Assembly: GCF_026210795.1 (NCBI RefSeq)
Contig: NC_089429.1
Location: 4,030,001 to 4,094,000 of the forward strand
DNA length: 64,000 nucleotides
Source: Rhizophagus irregularis
Lineage: Eukaryota
Reading direction: 5' to 3'
In this document: positions 37,901-48,705 of the stretch, in pieces
Position numbering within the stretch: the first letter of the stretch is position 1
Layout: every line of letters starts with the position of its first letter
The notes under the pieces: model-generated
Told to the model about the DNA's origin: nothing
Database searches by the model: none
Seen by the model: only the letters and a program-made list of their open reading frames with translations
Position numbers and translations under genes: made by a program

Positions 37901-38580
37901 AAGAATATGGTTATAATGGATATGAAGATGAGGAACCACAATACAGTGAAATGTATTATACACAAGGTTATTACGATGATTATGAAGATAGGGAATTAAA
38001 TTACCACAATGAATTATACGCGAAAGATAACGCAGTAAAAACAAGAAGACAAACGAGAAGGTCGAATCCAGTAGTGGGATATAAAAATAATAATGAAGAA
38101 GGAAATTTACAAGAAGAATTAAGAGAAGCGGGAAATAGAATGGATGATAGAGAAATACCAAGTGGAACAACAACACCAAGATATACGCCCGAAAGGACAG
38201 AACAAAATAATGTATACAAAGATAGTCAAAATTGGGATAATCCAATAGGACCAGAAGATTATAATTATGGTCGTCGACCCATGACAAAAGATGGAAGATT
38301 TTATAAACCAATGTTCACAAAAGAAGGCAAAGCATTTTACCCTGGAATGCGGCAAGACGAATTTGGAAATTGGGTTAGAACAAAGCCATCAGGGACAGGA
38401 AAGTCCAGAGAATATGGACCGAGATTAACTGATGGAATACCACCTTACGACATTGTGGGAGACGTGAAAAATTGTAGAGCGAATATAACATTTGGACAAT
38501 TAACAAATGAGAATACTAAGTATCATAAACAATTAAGGGAAGGAACATATAAGCCAAGAAGTGTAAATGAGAGAAATTGA
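34939..38580 (+). CDS. gag: Gag with ~640-aa N-terminal extension, capsid domain and CCHC zinc knuckle
   Basis: PLFYGKEDENVNDWVRQF...LRGAASQWY...IRQGKNENVEEY; CYTCGRIGHYSREC. Confidence 0.9.
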   Translation: MEWYHQWESEYRTHKEEHELGTEELDECLNCELCHPIVNEPIVFKKFWDALFKFEDAIIIYNDVTIKGLLDLLSMDNSEREDTIHKGKCRDIMDRITESIRYRIQPKIKEKGLRTIILVIVRDCIERNLGNEVFDRLIGNPELIEHKYILEDWDVERKFGKFWQWYRITSKEIGPLRVKMGAMKTFRELLYEEEGIATNEEKVKELMSNMEYENINIENVHEYHRNMVQKIIRIFIDTRGFTKEPEDSESEDSPASYELENSSEEELEIIIGDKSWKFSELKRRTSSIDEDQLRYIWKIGIKLMIEMDILVTKTFIDKVQEIEEIDEREKELKIREWLEKETVICKRCGNRRFEMDKTDNECGECIKEMQKDEQDELAELKDEIEKLGYEIDVSEIQRMKSFGVNNRILITEEFIMEYMGIIELEDKELRREIHKWLNENTTWCERCEIRWMNNMFRFGGTVCKDCEEEDVDEIDDRVKRLQKIFEDIETIVTEEELLRLTSMGYTNGEILDKEFIEIFQENKNESEKELKKKLDKLLKEQAGIIDSEESGEKSDNEESEEDNTDDSEKTGEILSPDEIWNENIENFNEEEFEDEIENVINRGGIDLSQNSDTNSSLNIKNSDNESELSDYNLQDLFQENMATENQVKRLIENALGYPANTLNAAVGAGASLIDRIENAGNEAGGMVSVPLFYGKEDENVNDWVRQFEVAFTAVGKAAGANGVRQAAYAAAHLRGAASQWYNEMKEVNAGNLVNWADADNDNDLKHRIKRRFTREDVRRKKMQELRKIRQGKNENVEEYTGRFRQILRIATRGHALADDCQVDYYIDGLEPAIGFQIRRQNPENLNGAIEMAEREESARDEFYRKIIGLPVSTKIDIGRDDNRQNMFTKPLNENYEDELVKAFEEKARISKLEGLVSNIERRLNNDNNRYRSNMGRRLNDGNRNSYQSNQKRVPTCYTCGRIGHYSRECLGKRRNARVNMMDEYDDQEEYGYNGYEDEEPQYSEMYYTQGYYDDYEDRELNYHNELYAKDNAVKTRRQTRRSNPVVGYKNNNEEGNLQEELREAGNRMDDREIPSGTTTPRYTPERTEQNNVYKDSQNWDNPIGPEDYNYGRRPMTKDGRFYKPMFTKEGKAFYPGMRQDEFGNWVRTKPSGTGKSREYGPRLTDGIPPYDIVGDVKNCRANITFGQLTNENTKYHKQLREGTYKPRSVNERN

Positions 38581-38589
38581 CTACACTCG

Positions 38590-39093
38590 GTGGAAACTAT
38601 GAAAAACGAAGAAAAGAGAACTACAGCAATGAGAACAGAATTAGAAGTTGAAGATCAATTAGTGAATGTAATAATAGATACTGGAGCAGCAGTAAGCGTG
38701 ATAACAGATAAATTAAGAAGAAGATTGAATATACCTATATTTGGAAAAAGTAAATTTAGATGTACAATAGCAAATGGGCAAAAGATAGCAGCGTTAGGAA
38801 AGGCGAATATAACTTTGAGGTACAAAGATGAATTAGAAATACTGAAAGAAGTTGAAGTAATCGATTCAGAAGAAGAGGATCTAATTTTGGGAAATGACAT
38901 ATGGAAGTTGTATAATGCAAAAATAAATTTTGAAGATCATACCTTAAGAATAGAAGAACAGGGAGAAATAATAACGATTCCAGTAGGATATGAAAGAGAA
39001 GTAGCATATGAAAGTGAGGAGAGTGAGGACGATGAAGAATATGAAAGCAATGATGAAGGAGAGGTATTCAAAATGCACCAGAATTTTAAATAG
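38590..39093 (+). CDS. Retropepsin aspartic protease
   Basis: VIIDTGAAVSVI and LILGND motifs; same frame as gag after TGA-CTA. Confidence 0.93.
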   Translation: METMKNEEKRTTAMRTELEVEDQLVNVIIDTGAAVSVITDKLRRRLNIPIFGKSKFRCTIANGQKIAALGKANITLRYKDELEILKEVEVIDSEEEDLILGNDIWKLYNAKINFEDHTLRIEEQGEIITIPVGYEREVAYESEESEDDEEYESNDEGEVFKMHQNFK

Positions 39094-39128
39094 AGAGTCT
39101 TGGCTCTGAAGAGAGAGAGACGGAAAAG

Positions 39129-41210
39129 ATGCTTGAACCAAGTGAAAATTTTATGCAAAAACTAAGTATAGGGGAAGTAGAAGAACCAATTTGGGAAAAT
39201 ATGGTAAAATTACTATTAGAATATCAAGATATTTTGGAATACGATGAGGAAATAGAAGGAAGAACAAAAGCAGCGCAACATGAGATAAAAATAAAAGATG
39301 GGGTAGAACCAATAAAGCAAAGAAGATATAAAGAAACAGATGAAAAGGCAAAATTTATAAGCGAAGAAGTAGATAAATTGTTAAGACAGGGAAGGATAAG
39401 GAAATCAAAAAGTCCATGGAGTTCACCTGTTACATTAGCAGAAAAGAAAACAGGAAAATATAGATTTTGCATTGATTACAGAAAGTTAAATAAGATAACT
39501 ATAATGGATAGTTTTCCTTTACCAAGAATGGATGAATTATTAGACAAATACAGAAAAGCAAAATGGTTTTCAAGTATAGATTTAGCGGCAGGATTTAATC
39601 AGGTAGAAATGAAAGAAGAAGACAAAGAAAAAACAGCATTTGTATGTTTGAAAGGATTGTTTGAATATAATGTAATGCCATTCGGTTTAACGAATGCACC
39701 AGCAACATTTCAAAGATTAATGGATGAAATATTAGAAGAATACATAAACGATTTTGTAGTAGTATATATTGACGATATTATGATATATTCAGAAAAATTA
39801 AAAGACCATATGGAACATGTGGAAAAAGTATTGAAGAAGTTACAGGAGAATAATTTAATAATAAAATTAAAGAAATGCAGATTTTTGGAAAGAAACATAG
39901 AATTTTTAGGACATATAGTAGGAAATGATGGATTAAGGCCAGACGATAAAAAGATAGAAAAAATAAAAGAAATGAAGGCACCAACAACAGTGAAAGAAGT
40001 AAGATCATTTTTGGGACTTTGTTCATATTACAGAAAATTTGTGAAGAATTTTTCAAAGATAGCAAGACCAATAAGTGATTTGAGAAAGAAGGGAATACCT
40101 TTCATTTGGGGAAGAGAACAACAAGAAGCGTTTGAAAAGTTGAAAGAAAAGTTAATACAATATCCAATATTGCGACATCCAGATTGGAAGAAAGAATTTC
40201 TATTGATAACAGATGCATCAGGAAAAGGATTAGGTGCAGTATTAAGCCAAAAAGATGAAAAAGGAAAAGAAGTAGTAATAGCATATGCAAGTAGAAGTTT
40301 ATTACCAGCAGAAGAGAATTATCCGATAACAGAATTGGAATGTTTAGGAATAGTTTGGGGAATTCAACATTTTCATAAATATTTGATCGATAGAAAATTT
40401 AAAGTAATAACAGATCACAGTGCATTAAAAGGATTAATGAATGCAAAGATACCGAAAGGAAAAAGAGCAAGATGGGTAATGGAATTACAGCAATATAATT
40501 TTGAAGTAATACATAGATCAGGAAAGGAAAATACGAATGCTGACGCATTAAGTAGGCTATTAAAGATAGTAGAGGATCAACCAGAAATAGTAATAATTGA
40601 TGGAGTAGATGGATTAGGGAAAACAAGTATAGTACAAAATCTAATTAAAGAATGGGAAAAGCAAGGATTAAAAGTAAGATTCAACACTTATAAGAGAAGA
40701 AGAAAAGATAAAGATGAATTTTATGAATCAAAGATGGAGACAGAATGGAAATTCAGAAAAGAAGTAGTAGAACAAATAAACAGAAGAATGTTAGAATATG
40801 ACGAAGATACAGATATAATAATTTTGGACAAATCACCATATTGTGAATATTATTATCAAAAGACGAAAAGTTTTGACAGAGGATTAATTACTCCACATGG
40901 AAATCATGAGATGGAAAAAGAAATATTCAGATTGAAAGAAACAATAGATAAATCAATAGTGATATTTTTAGAAAAAGATGGCGACGTATGTTGGAAAAAT
41001 TACATTGGAAGAGAAACAAAGAAAACGGAAAAATCATCATATCCAACATTAAAGAAGGATGAATATTTGGACATGGTTAGAATGTTTGAAGAAAATCAGG
41101 GCGTGTACAAAGATACTAAAAGATACAGTCGAGTAAAAGTTAAAAATGACAATAGTAGTTGGAGAAAAGTATTTAAAGAGGTGGAGAAATGGAGAAGAGC
41201 ACAGAACTAA
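39129..41210 (+). CDS. pol: Reverse transcriptase-RNase H fused to a thymidylate/dNMP-kinase-like P-loop domain
   Basis: RFCIDYRKLN, MPFGLTNAP, YIDD, TDAS, ELECL, TDH, NADALSR; then IVIIDGVDGLGKTS and IILDKSPYCEYYYQ. Confidence 0.92.
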   Translation: MLEPSENFMQKLSIGEVEEPIWENMVKLLLEYQDILEYDEEIEGRTKAAQHEIKIKDGVEPIKQRRYKETDEKAKFISEEVDKLLRQGRIRKSKSPWSSPVTLAEKKTGKYRFCIDYRKLNKITIMDSFPLPRMDELLDKYRKAKWFSSIDLAAGFNQVEMKEEDKEKTAFVCLKGLFEYNVMPFGLTNAPATFQRLMDEILEEYINDFVVVYIDDIMIYSEKLKDHMEHVEKVLKKLQENNLIIKLKKCRFLERNIEFLGHIVGNDGLRPDDKKIEKIKEMKAPTTVKEVRSFLGLCSYYRKFVKNFSKIARPISDLRKKGIPFIWGREQQEAFEKLKEKLIQYPILRHPDWKKEFLLITDASGKGLGAVLSQKDEKGKEVVIAYASRSLLPAEENYPITELECLGIVWGIQHFHKYLIDRKFKVITDHSALKGLMNAKIPKGKRARWVMELQQYNFEVIHRSGKENTNADALSRLLKIVEDQPEIVIIDGVDGLGKTSIVQNLIKEWEKQGLKVRFNTYKRRRKDKDEFYESKMETEWKFRKEVVEQINRRMLEYDEDTDIIILDKSPYCEYYYQKTKSFDRGLITPHGNHEMEKEIFRLKETIDKSIVIFLEKDGDVCWKNYIGRETKKTEKSSYPTLKKDEYLDMVRMFEENQGVYKDTKRYSRVKVKNDNSSWRKVFKEVEKWRRAQN

Positions 41211-41270
41211 AAATACAGAACACATAACGAAAATAACAAATTTAGAAGCGAAATCAATTAAAGAGGTATT

Positions 41271-42498
41271 ATGGAAGAAAATAATTACAAGAGAATAATT
41301 GACAATATCGAAAAGGAGAATAAATATGAATTGAAAGAAGGAATTCTATATAGAGTAAAAGGACAAAACAAATTTAGAGTAATCAGGGATTATGAATACG
41401 AAGGATTGATGTACATGATGCATGATAACGAATTATCAGGACATTTTGGAGTAGAAGCGACATTAGATAGAATAAAAGAAAATTATTGGTGGAAAAATAT
41501 GAAAGAAGATGTAGAAGAATATGTAAAAACGTGTTGGAATTGTCAAATGAGAGGAAAACCAAGAGGAAAGAACGAATTAATGCCGATAAAGATAAATGAA
41601 CCATTCGAGATGATTGGAATAGATATAGTTGGACCATTAAAAGAGACAGAAAAGGGAAATAAGTATATTGTAGTAGCAATGGATTATTTTACAAAATGGC
41701 CTGAGGCCGCACCACTGAAAGAAGCTACAGCGAAAGAGGTAGTAGAATTTATTTGGAGGGACATAATTTGTAGACATGGGTGTCCAAAGAAAATAATTAG
41801 TGATAGAGGGACTCACTTTAACAATAGAATGATGGAAGAATTAGTAGAAAGGTGTGGAATAAACCATAGATTAAGTACACCATATAGGCCACAAACAAAT
41901 GGTTTGGTCGAAAGATTCAATAAAACTTTATGCGAAGGATTAGCCAAATTAGGAGAAGAAAATTGGGATAAACATATACCATCTGTATTATTTGCATATA
42001 GAACAAAGAAGCAATCATCAACAAAGATTAAACCTTTTTATGCGACATACGGAAGGAGAGCAAAACTACCATTGGATAAAGACGAAAATAAAATAACATT
42101 AGCTGACAGAGTAAAAATATTAATTGAAGAGCTACCGGTAATAAGAAGGAAAATAAAAGAAAATGTGAAAGAAGCTCAAGAGAAACAAAAACAACAACAC
42201 GACAAAAGGGGAATTAGAAAACCTAAATTTGAAATAGGAGAAAAAGTATTATTATATGAAGCATGGAGGAGAGAAACAATGGTCGGGAAAATTGCAGAAC
42301 AAATGGAAAGGACCATATTTAATTCACGAAGAATTTGGAAATGGAGCGTATAAACTCAAAGAATTAGACGGAAGAATACTAAAAACACCACAAAATGGAG
42401 AATGGTTAAAGAAATTTTATGATCGAAGGGGATTTACACCAAAAATAGTAATTAAAGGAAAAGAGGTATTCGATAAGACCCGAGTTCGATTTGATTAA
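41271..42498 (+). CDS. Integrase (HHCC, DDE, GPY/F) with one frameshift near 42268
   Basis: HDNELSGH...CWNC, GIDIVGP, SDRGTHF, GLVERFN; KWKGPY lies in the shifted frame; no chromodomain. Confidence 0.93.
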
Positions 42499-42560
42499 AA
42501 TTATTATGGATAAGACACGAGTTCGATTCTATTAAAGTTATTTGTGAGGTCACAAATAGC

Positions 42561-42574
42561 GAAGAGGGGGATAA
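42561..42574 (+). promoter_or_regulatory. Polypurine tract
   Basis: gaagagggggataa immediately before the 3' LTR. Confidence 0.85.
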
Positions 42575-43672
42575 TGTAAACGGTCAAATATCAAGCACGA
42601 AAAGATGATAAAATTCAACCACCAAATGTAATTATTAAATATTAAGAACGAACAAATTAATCGTGGATTGGCGAAGATGGATAAATAATTAGCCGAAAAG
42701 GATAAACATTTAGGAAGAGTAATGATCTACATGATGTAATATTTATTGAATGATTGACAAGGAACCAATAGGATAAATAGAGTCGATCAATTGCGGCTTA
42801 GCAATCTTTAACAATAAGAACGATAAGAAAGAATAATTATAAGCCACAAAAGATAGATTATAAGCAAAACACATAAAGCGAATTAAAAGAACATATAAAA
42901 TAATGTCAGAAAGATTAAAGAACACAAAATAATGTAAAAGATAATATAAAAAGATAGTATAAAGATGGAACGTAAAAGATAATATATTAAAAAGAACATA
43001 TATAAAAAGATAGCATATTAAAAGATAGCATATTAAAAGATAGCGTATTTAAAATATAGATAGTATATTAGAAAGATAGTTCAAAGATAATATGTAAAAA
43101 GAACATAAAAGATAGTATATAGATAGAATAGAAAGTAGCATAAAAATTGTATATATAGAGAGCGGAATTCAAGGTAATTCCTTAGTTCTCATCCACAGAA
43201 CTCAATAAAAATATAAGTTTTATTTTTTTAATTATTTGTTAGTAAAGTTTAATGTTAATTAAAGGTAATAGGTTCGCCCTAAACTTTAATTAATGTTTGC
43301 TTAATTAATTTTAATTGAATAAATGGAAATTTTAAGGTGAATTAAATATATGTTTTTGAAAAGTAATAATTCGTAGCGAGAGCTATCGAAGTTTGAAATT
43401 AAAGGTAAAAGTGGATATAATTTGGGGAAAATTTAGAGAAGTTAATTTTATTTTATATCGTTCAACGTTTTATATTACTAACGCTATTTATGTCGTGAAC
43501 CAAGAATGTTGTTGTTATATGTTGTTGTATGTTGTTTGTTAATTATATCGTTGACTATTTGCTTGTTCGTTTAATTGTTCGTTCGTTCGTTCATTCGTTC
43601 GTTTGACCATGAGAATGCCCGTTCGATGTGGCAACTCTGTAAATTGATGACAGAGGGAATTGGGGGATCTCA
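42575..43672 (+). repeat. 3' LTR
   Basis: Same length as the 5' LTR and no differences noticed by eye; followed by CCGG. Confidence 0.97.
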
Positions 43673-46606
43673 CCGGACGATAATTCACTATAATCCCCTG
43701 TTCATGGCGTCGTATTTTATTAATTTTGCCTAATGACCATATATCTGAATCTTCCCAAATAAAAATAACTTGTTTATGGCACGCGTCTGGTATGATATCC
43801 AGTAAAAAGGCCCAATGATTAACTTCGGCAATTTCCATATCATCAATTATTGTCATATTATCTATTCTGGATGTGCACAAATGAGCCACATCACGATACC
43901 ATCTAGCTACCCTTCCTTGTACCGGGAGTAATGCTAAACTACGGTATTGCTTCCATTTCATAAGATGTATACCTCTAATAAATAATTGATCAATATAGAA
44001 TATCGGGTAATGTGGGCTTTGGTTGATCCAGAATATATATTTTGTAAGCTGATACTATTTAAAGAACTTTAATAACGGCTCTTTTCCTCCTGAAACATTC
44101 CAGGTTGTTCTATCAATCGGGTCCGTTGCCATAGATATATCGAGAACTTTAGCTATTACTAATGCATTAAATGAGACGTTTTTCCTAGTTTGAAGTTTTA
44201 TCCAAGGCATTACGTGAAGATCAAAGTCAAAAATCGGATCTGTGATCAGTAATTTAAGCTGCGCGTCTCTGAGTCTGATATGTGTAGATATCGCTGCATG
44301 TGAATCACTATTCATTCTAATCGTTAAGTCCGTTATAGTATTGATACAAAATATTTTCCATGAATGGTCCAATCCGAGACACCCCTCATGAAATATCAGT
44401 GACAAAGGTGTGTTCTTAGGTAATTTCATCCAGTTTTTAACCAACTTCATTACTGGAGCGAATACGTGATTCCAATCTTGCTCTGTCAATGTCATGATTT
44501 GAGCTATATATATTAGTCTAGGTATTAATACTCTATTGATTAGGTAAATACATTGACCAGCTGGAACGAACTTCCTACGGACTGTGTCGCAAAAATTTTT
44601 AATTGTCGCGGATAGGCGTTGCATCCATCTTCTCCTATTCGGCTTGTTGGAGAACCAGACCCCAAGATACATTATTTCGTCGTCTGTGGCTTGAACTATG
44701 GGACGATCCCGACTTAATTCAATAGTTTGTTCTTGTCGTTCTACTGTCGGGTTGATGATTATCATTTCCGACTTCTTAGTGTTGATGTCAATATCATTAA
44801 TCGAATAAAATTCGTTTGCTATATCTACTATCTTTTGCATCCTAAACTTTGAGGACTCTAGAAATACCGTATCATCTATATATGCACATACGGGAACCTG
44901 AAGCCTGTATTGCGTCCATGTTTTAGGATCATTAATATCATTCGGCCAGTTAACTTTCATTTCATAGCCGCTATCTTTAGTTTGTTGTATTCTTACTAAA
45001 AGCAGATCATAGAAAATTCGCCATAGTAGTGGAGAGAGTGCATCGCTCTGATCAATTCCGTCTTTTCTGGTGAACCCATCACTTAAACCATATGCAGTGG
45101 CTACTCTAAGGGATCTGTGTTTGAAAAGGGCTATAATCCATTCGACCAACAATGCTGGAATGTCTATACGAAGCATGGCTCGTTTTAAAACATCTAACCC
45201 AACTGAATCAAATGCCTTTTTCATGTCCTGTGTGAGGACCCATAGTTCCTTTTTATTTTCCCTAGCGTCTTCAATAAAATTGTTGACTAGGTGTATTGGT
45301 TCGTTTGTGCATTCTCCTGGTAATCTGCAACAATTGTAGCCCTGAAGTACATTATATCATTTCAATACAGAGCTCAACCTGTTCGTGATCATCTTTGTAA
45401 AGGTTTTTCAAAAACAATCTAACAATGCAATAGGTCGAGTATTCAGAATGTCGTATTCAAAGTTGATGGGCTTAGGTATGGGGAGAATGACCGATGTTTT
45501 CCATGCCATGGGTACAAGTCCAGTTTGTAACGTCAAGTTTCCGAATTTGACCAAGAGGAGGACTAATTCCTCAGGTAATTGTGTAATAATTTTATAATTA
45601 ATACCAGACAACCCTGCAGCCGACTTTTTATTTAATTCTCTAACTGTCTTGTTTAGTGATCTTCTCTATTGTAGATTCCATCGCCTCTTTGAATTTACCT
45701 GCGGGTTCGTAAATTTGTTGCCAAAGTGGTGTCATTATTTCCAGTGGTGTGTTTCTTTTTCTAAACATTCTCGCGAAATTATTGTCCACTGCTTTCTTAA
45801 CTTCACCCAGTTCTGTAGCCAGTCTCTTAGTCGAAATTCCTGGTTCCTCATTCACTAGTACCTTATCTATTATTATATTAGTGTGAGTGTTTCTATCTAA
45901 TAAGTTTGACAGCCATGTTGTTTGATCTTCTCGTGTAATTTCTACTCGTTTGTCTATTTTGTCTTTAATGGACTTCGTTTCTGCTGATTTATATTTTTTG
46001 TAATCTGCTCTTAAGCGATAATTCACTTTTGTTTTAAGAGTGTCAAACCATTCTTCTGAAAATATGTCATGTGTGTCTATGTTACATTTGTTATTGTCAT
46101 CGGTTGATGTAATATAGTCTTGATTATATTTGGCAATTTTAATTATCCATCTTGATTTTGCGTCCTTATTTGTGAGCATTCGTTAGCTGTCATAATAATA
46201 GTTATGTAATAATTGCAGCAATTTATTTGTATGTCATTCCGGTCTCGATTTCTTTTTATTAAACCGTTTAAAGGTATTATGGAGCCTGAGAACTTTCCTA
46301 GGGAGTTCTATATCCGCTGCATTTATTATGATGCCGTTGAGTTTTTCCCAATACCTATCTATATTTTCCTGGGAATACTCCGTTAGATTGGCACTATCTT
46401 CGAGAAAATCTTGATCAAGATTATTTAGTTGGTTTTTTATATTAAGCCAGAAGTTATCCCACGTTTCCGTTTCGATGTTATCACAATTATATATGACTCT
46501 GGTGTAGGCAATATCAGTGGGTAATTTATCATATACCGTATTTTTCCTGTTATTCCGTATGAGGGCTGAGGTGTCCATGGTTAATGTAATAATATCGTGG
46601 TCACTG

Positions 46607-47043
46607 TAAGGTTGCCTGCCGAAACTAAAAAGGAAATTCCGAAAGGTTTCGGCCAATCAAATCAAATGCCGAAAATGCCGAAATTAGGCCGAAACTCGGT
46701 CTTAATTTTGGCCAAAATTAAAATTCAGCCGAAATTATGATATTGTGTCACGTGACATTACACAAATTTCCAAAAAAAGGAAATTTTGTTTCCCAGTAAA
46801 ATCGGAGAAATGTGTCACACAAATGTTACACAAATTTCCATAAAAGGAAATTTACGTGTCGATCATTATTCCGGCCAGAATTATAGTATTAATGTTGGCC
46901 AATAATTTCAGACAAATTTCGGCCTTTCGGTAAAGTTTCGGCATTGTATAATTTCGGCAAATTTACTTTTAATTGCCTAAACTTTCGGTTTTAAAAAAGT
47001 TTCGGCCTTGGTCTAAACTACTTGATTTCGGCAAGCAACCTCA
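46607..47043. mobile_element. hAT-type MITE inserted in the LINE endonuclease SDH motif
   Basis: TIR taaggttgcctgccgaaa/tttcggcaagcaacctca; 8-bp TSD ggtcactg. Confidence 0.92.
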
Positions 47044-48461
47044 GGTCACTGCTTATGATGAATGTTGAAGGAGTAATTGAAAAATTTAACAGTTTATTAC
47101 TGTGGGTTTCTGATACCCAAATTTGGTTTATTCTCGTGCTAACACTTTCTTTGTGACAAGTGTTCCCTAGTTCCTCTTTATTAATTTTCCTATATAAATT
47201 TATAAGACCTAGTGTCTCAAGATTGTTAAAAAATTTGGGTCTTGAGATATGTTGTGGTGGAGTTCGATCTATATGACCGTTTGTAATTAAATTAAAGTCT
47301 TTCATTAATATGTGTACTATATTATTTGATTTTTTTCTTATAATTTCATCACACATTTCTTTTTTAAGTTGTTTAAGGGTATCGTGAAGGATTGTTGGCT
47401 TTTTTTGTGGTGCCGCGTAAACAATCCAGATACAGAACATAACATTTCTAAATAAAAGGTATACCGAGAGTAGATATGGTGAATGGATTTTATGTCCTTG
47501 ATAATGTTTGTTCCATTTCCTTGAACATATTAACGTGACTCCTGATCCCTTATTTTTGTCGTGTTGTTTACTTGACCAATAAATATGAAACTGTTCTTTA
47601 AAACTATCAGGCATTTTAAAAAAACCGTTCCTCTGGTCTAAATTGGTTTCGTTTAAAGCCATAATGTTTACTTGGTTTTCCTGCATCCAATTTAATATTT
47701 TATATAGTTTTGTATTGTCCCCTGCCAATCCATTAATGTTGTGGGTTCCAATATGAAGCGTAAGGTATAACGCGTCTAAGTCTATTCGTTGTTGTTCCTC
47801 ATATCCAATACGTTAACTAAGTAAAAAACTATCAATATTTTCTAAACTAACTTTGTTATTGTTATTGTTATTGTTATTCTGTACTCTAATGTTCGACACA
47901 ATTGTAGCATTGTATAAAATTTTATATTAATGTTGTCCATTCTATTAGATCTATTCGTTCCAGCCAAATAGACCTCTAAAATATAAATTTATAAGATTTT
48001 GTAATTTATTAATTTTTTAATGTATTAGTTTTCAATTTTTAGTTATTATTAAACTATATAATAAATAATATCTAATTTTGTTTTTATTAATAAGTATATT
48101 TTACAAAATTCTGCATGTTATGTTATAATTAAGATCAATCTTTTTAAATTTAACCAATTAATTTAAAAATTTTCTTATTCACGTAAAATATCTATAATTT
48201 GACGCAATATCAAGCTAAATGCAGTATTTTTTTAGTATCATTTTAGAGTAGTGGAGAAATAACTAGAATTAGAATGTTTTGTATTAAAGGTTCCTCATGA
48301 ATATAAATTTTTATTTTTAGTAGTTAAATTAATAAATTACGCAAATAATTTTCAGTTTATTTTTCATCAAAATATATCATGTTTTTATGTTATTCCATTA
48401 ATTTGTAGTAGGCACCAAGTTAAATATTTTATTATTCCCAATGAAAGAAGTTGCACATTAT

Positions 48462-48705
48462 TAAGGTTGCTTGCCGAAACCTAGGGGTTTAGGCAAGATG
48501 GCGTTTCGCCGAAAAGCGAAATTCTGCCAAAACTATATTAAAGTTATATTAAAAAACTGGCGAAACTTTGGAGAATGGCAAAACTGCCAAAACTTATTAT
48601 AAATGCCGAAACTGCCAAAACTCTGCCGAAACTATAATAAATCTATAGTAAAATTTTGACGAAACTAATCGTAGGATTTTGAAGAGGTTTAGACAAGCAA
48701 CCTTA
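48462..48705 (-). mobile_element. hAT-type MITE (TAAGGTTGCTTG family), copy 3
   Basis: Reverse complement of 9648-9890; 8-bp TSD cacattat. Confidence 0.93.

Larger units (their letters stand above)
32317..43672 (+). mobile_element. Full-length Ty3/Gypsy LTR retrotransposon, 11.36 kb
   Basis: Two 1098-bp TG...CA LTRs, TSD CCGG, PBS, PPT, gag-PR-RT-RH-IN order. Confidence 0.97.
31790..47960 (-). mobile_element. Non-LTR retrotransposon (LINE) ORF2: APE endonuclease, RT, RNase H; degenerate and interrupted by an LTR element and a MITE
   Basis: THNINGL/ALNETN/SDH endonuclease motifs (47760-46580); RT TRPIALLD, DMKKAFDSV, GIDQSDALSPLLW, YIDD; RNase H YYTDGSL...WPSSTRSELVAI (32000-31800). Frame VNYRP|GYNDNR is restored across the LTR insertion. 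Confidence 0.92.

Noticed and set aside
41262..41270. Shine-Dalgarno-like AGAGGT before the integrase ATG
   Set aside because: Expected by chance in purine-rich eukaryotic retroelement sequence.
35040..41679. Many antisense ORFs within the LTR element
   Set aside because: Shadow ORFs caused by the A-rich coding strand.
43539..43672. LINE ORF apparently running into the 3' LTR (captured LINE sequence)
   Set aside because: The LINE frame is restored exactly by removing the whole element with one CCGG, so the read-through is fortuitous.
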